Both the position numbers and the translations under genes were made by a program. DNA of 62,903 nt, counting the filler, from Reclinomonas americana ATCC 50394 (lineage: Eukaryota): NCBI GenBank assembly GCA_048213135.1. It is 21 parts of 21 records of this genome, joined end to end, with 100 filler letters (N's around TTAATTAATTAA, not from the genome) between each part and the next. Parts side by side here need not be neighbours in the genome. Positions count along the whole stretch, not along the records: positions 58,790 to 61,505 come from AFZH01023901.1; positions 61,606 to 62,903 come from AFZH01023902.1; 19 more parts are not named here. The stretch is one strand, 5' to 3'. Under the pieces are notes generated by a model. The model was given only the letters and a program-made list of their open reading frames with translations. It was not told the DNA's origin and ran no database searches. Position 1 is the stretch's first letter. Each line of letters starts with the position of its first letter. This document shows positions 58,690 to 62,903 of the stretch, one piece after another.

Positions 58690-61600
58690 NNNNNNNNNNN
58701 NNNNNNNNNNNNNNNNNNNNNNNNNNNNNNNNNTTAATTAATTAANNNNNNNNNNNNNNNNNNNNNNNNNNNNNNNNNNNNNNNNNNNNGGTTGGTCGGC
58801 TGGCGCGGGGTACCACCGAGCCGCACCGTCACGACCTGCGACGAAGATCACCGTACAGATTGAATGAGCAGGCCTGTTGGTGGGGGAAAGAGGAGGGATC
58901 ACTGGTTAATTTTTCGGACGCGTATCACGGCGAATCACGGCGGAAAATCCCACCGGATTCGAGTCACTTTTTTCCTGCTGCGTTTCACAGCGCGTGCGAC
59001 ACGTGAGGTTGGAGGGCCCCTTGCACTGAGCATTTTGCGCTATAGTAAAGTGATGGTGCTACTGTGGAAGTGGGTGAAAAACCGAACACAAAATTTTTCG
59101 CAGTTTTTCGCGGCAAAAGTTGCCGTTTGCCTTGGTTTTTTTGGTGGCGAATACCGGTCGGCGAATCCGGCAGCCCCCCGAATACGCGCACACTTCTCAA
59201 ATATCGCTCTGCACGCAGATCGGAGCACAGCATCGGAGAGGCCGTCGTTCGCTCGTTCTAACGCACTATTGGGGTGGGTGGTGCGATGTTTGTGGGGGGA
59301 GAAAACAGTGTTCGAAAACTGCACACAAATTTCGCGAATTCGGCGGGCTGTCGGGCGTATCCGGCCGGTGGCCGCATTCGTGCGTGCTTTCGCCCACTTC
59401 TTTCCCGCTGCTCCTGGCGTGCTACGGAGCGTCAGAGTACCTTCGTAGCACCCTCTCTGAGTCATTCTCGTTGAGCAGATTGACGCCTGATGTTTGTGTG
59501 ATGAGTAGAGTGACGTTCGATTTACACTGCGCCACTGACCGCGAATTCGGTGCGTGCACGAGCGAATCCTGTGGGCGCGGGCGAATACGGCGAGACAAAG
59601 TTGACCAGTTTTCTCGGTCATTTTTCACTCTCTTTCGACGGTTCTTGCGGCACTCGGCGTGCAATAGTCCAATGTACTCGGTGTGCACAGCAAGCTGCTG
59701 GAGAGTGAGTGTGTGTGTTGCAACATTTCAGACCGGAGTTTCACGCAATGTTTGTTCGACTCCCACACGGCACTGCATCTCGCTTTTCTCACCCTGTGTT
59801 TGTCGCCTCGCACCAAGAGCACCACTGATATGCTCTCCAAACACCGCACCGCAGCATGTGTGTGCGTGGCATGCTTCGCTTCGTGTTTTCACGTCTCACA
59901 CGCAGGTCATCCCGATTTGGAATGCGGTTCTTTTTCCCTTTCGTGTCGCCAACAGAGTCGCAGTGCATGTGGAGGCTGCAGTGTATGCGCAGGTGTGGTG
60001 CAGTGCTACTTCGTATGCTACAAGCTGCAGGCCTCGGTAATCATGACGGAAGAGTGAGTGCAGCATGCATATGAAAGCGTGTGTGAGGTCGTCACCTTTG
60101 ATTGTACATGTGTCACCAACAGCAACGCAACAAACAACACCACTCAGTGCTGTGCACCACGTGCAACATGTGCAGACCACAAGCAAGCTTGCAGGCACTG
60201 AACGTGAACCCGACATCATGATAAAGACGTCATGAATGATCGTCTCATTGCACACACACACACACACACACACACACGAGCACGCACTCACACTGCTGTT
60301 GCAAGGAGCAGCGCTGCATGAGCATGCTAGCTATAGCGCTCCAGCTGTGGTCACTCGCTGGCCGTGCATGCGCATCGCGACCGCACACTGAGACGAGCAG
60401 GCGCATCTCTTTGCGAGTGCACTCCAACGCGGCAGTGCTGCGCAGTGTGTGGCAGAGTTGAGAAGTGGTCGCGTCGCGTGCTTTGGAGGATGCCAGGAAC
60501 CAGTGTGTCGCCGCTCGAGTGGCTGTCAAAGAGGAGTGTCGGCCGGCTGTGAACGAAAAACCAGTCAAGACGACAGCAGTCAGCTGCAGATGGCGTGCGA
60601 CACCCGCCCACTCACTCTCTTCTGTGTCGTGGCGGTGGTGAGAACACTCCACCACAAGCACACACACTGCACGCATAATCGCGCCACTGCCGTACGGAAA
60701 AATCGACGGCTCTCGTGTGGCGACGACCAGCGGTCACTCACGCACGCTGCCGAGCCACTCACTCTGTACTCTACACCACTGACGACTTCCCAGCGCTGTT
60801 GCGCTGCAGCGGCATCGACTTGGCGACGCAATTTGCAGTGCAGACACACTGACCACCACACGCGATGGGCATCATCACACGTAAGCAGGCGATCGTGCAG
60901 CGCCGTGCCGTGTGATAGACACAAGTTGCCTGGATGAGCGCCCCACTCAAAAGCGATCGAGCGTGCGTGGAACAGCACTTGCGCCAGTGCCAGTGTGCCG
61001 CGGCAAGTGCGTTGCCACATCGCACACACTCACTTGCACACGAAACCCCACGGTGAAGCGAGAGGAGAGTCACTGCGCTGCCACTGCACGAACGCGCGCT
61101 GGCCGTGCCGCTGCGTGTGTTGCACACTGCGATGTCTCGTCCGCCGACTGATCGACGGCGTGGACCGTGAAGTGTGACGGCTGGGAAGGAGCCTGGTGAC
61201 TTCGGAGGCCAGCCCAGGCCTCTGGAAGGCCGGCCAACTCGAGCCAAGCGAAGCCAGATGAAGGAAAAGTATGTGCAACGCGTAAAAGAAAGTTTCTCGA
61301 GCCTTCTAACGAGCAGAAAACGAATGGAGCTGATTTTGAGGGCTTGCAGCTCGACAACTGCATGGACTTCCAGCTGATTTTCCGGGAACGTTTTTTGTTT
61401 GCGAAGTATGCGCTCCTGCGTGGTCCGTTAAGCATTCTGAGCTGGCTAGCCGAGAGAGTACATCTTCGGCTACTGATGGCCGGTCTCTGTGGCCCAGGCA
61501 ACCAANNNNNNNNNNNNNNNNNNNNNNNNNNNNNNNNNNNNNNNNNNNNTTAATTAATTAANNNNNNNNNNNNNNNNNNNNNNNNNNNNNNNNNNNNNNN

Positions 61601-62629
61601 NNNNNAAACACTCTAGTCATCTTCATCGCAGGCAGCAGTGGTGGCGTGCGTAACCCGTTGCTGCGTCGTTCCACACTCACGCTCCATTCCGTCGAGACTC
61701 ACACACATTTTCTTCATTTGCTGTGAGCGGAGATCTCAGTTGTCACCATTTGCACGAGCGCCATGGCCCCCTCGGTAGTGCGCTCACTGCTCGCGTTGTC
61801 AAGGGGCTGAGGCAAGCACAGCAGTCGTTCCGCTTGTTGACAAAACCGCGCGACTGATCACCACTGGTCTGTGCCTCTTTGCGCGTGCTCCTGTTTCGCT
61901 CTCTCTCTCTTTGTATTCATATGAATGTGTTGCCCTCAAGCCCAGGCATGCTGCAGCACGTGTGTCTCGGTGTTGCAAGTGTGAGTGAGTGTGTTTCTTG
62001 TTGCACCGCATGTGGACATGTCGCATCTTCTCCCACTCACTTCCTCCTTCGCCTCTCTGTGTGTCGCAGCGCCACTGGCTGCATCTGTCTCAACTGCACT
62101 GTTCCCCGCTGCGTGCAAGTTGTTGCGTGGTGCGGGAGAGGGTGAGTGTGTTTGCGCGCGCTTTTGTTTGTGCGGGTTTGCATTGTTGTTTTTTGAGCGG
62201 GAATGGACTTCAACATTTTCTGACTTGTCTCGTACAGCGGAGCGCCGCTGTCGCGCGCCGTCGATGTTGTGCACTGTGCCACCGACAGCAGTGCTGGCGA
62301 GCCCTGGGCCATAGGCCTGCCCGTGCCTGCCGTCACGCCGCGCTGGCGCCCACAGCGGCCATTTTGCTGCAAGTACGATGGTGCACTTACGTCTTTGTGT
62401 TGAGAATGCGTGCGTGTCCGTGAGAGAGAGCACTAAGTGGGTGCTCTCGTGGCTTCCTGTGCTCCTCTTCCTCCTCCTCTGTCTCCCTCTCCTGTTGCTG
62501 CCGTTGGTGCCTCTTATCCTGCCCCTTTTCTTCCTCCTGCTTTACTTGCACTCCGCTGCTGCTGGTGGTGGTGCTCCGCTGCGTCCGCTTTCTGCTGCGT
62601 CTCATGTTGCTGTTCCACCTCTTGCTCAT

Positions 62630-62903
62630 CTCCTGGTGCTGGTGCTGCTCCTCCTCGTGCTCCTGTATGTGCTGCCGCTCCTCGTGCTCCTGCGTGTGCT
62701 GGTACTGTTGCTGCTCGTCTTGCTCGTGTGTGTGCTGCTCCTCCTCGTGCTCCTGTATGTGCTGCTCCTCCTCGTGCTCCTGCGTGTGCTGGTACTGTTG
62801 CTGCTCGTCTTGCTCCTGCGTGTGCTGCTCCTCCTCGTGCTCCTGTGTGTGCTGGTACTATTTCTGCTCGTCTTGCTCCTGCGTGTGCTGGTACTGTTGC
62901 TTC
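62630..62903. repeat. Tandem 24/33-bp-unit repeat (E/Q/H-rich if read on the minus strand)
   Basis: Recurring GTGCTGCTCCTCCTCGTGCTCCTG and GTGCTGGTACTGTTGCTGCTCGTCTTGCTC. Confidence 0.85.

Noticed and set aside
62858..62860. TAG aligned with CAG (Gln) in the E/Q/H repeat, suggesting stop-codon reassignment
   Set aside because: It is a single case in a repeat of unproven coding status. Long exons elsewhere (FN3, WD40) contain no in-frame TAG or TAA.

Overview
This window is not one locus. It is 21 draft contigs joined by identical 100-bp spacers (N44-TTAATTAATTAA-N44) and comes from at least three organisms. (1) An intron-rich, GC-rich unicellular eukaryote supplies 1-9768, 21793-36335 and 42861-62903. 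It carries a large Clu-domain gene running across the first gap, a tandem array of stand-alone hypervariable WD40 genes, another multi-exon WD40 gene, an FN3-repeat surface protein and several unknown genes. (2) A high-GC actinomycete, Microbacterium-like by gene content, supplies 9869-21692: sugar ABC/GH42/Gfo-Idh-MocA loci, TetR and ROK regulators, an ECF41 (SigJ-like) sigma locus and a SolA/sarcosine-oxidase-like gene. (3) An alphaproteobacterium supplies 36436-42760: gluconate 5-dehydrogenase, GST, haloacid dehalogenase, gpmI, argE, an HTH-hydrolase pair and two REP-like palindromes. Every organism switch falls on a spacer, so this is co-assembly or contamination rather than gene transfer. 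The best leads are: (a) a ~3.1-kb tandem array of NACHT-less WD40 genes with HET-E-like variable surface residues and an invariant C-terminal tail; (b) an ECF41 sigma with a translationally coupled stand-alone copy of its own SnoaL-like regulatory domain and two back-to-back TGTCACA-N16-GGTC promoters; (c) a recurrent shifted 5' splice-site class, GTTG(C/A)G, in the eukaryote. All family calls come from motif recognition by eye; no database search was run.
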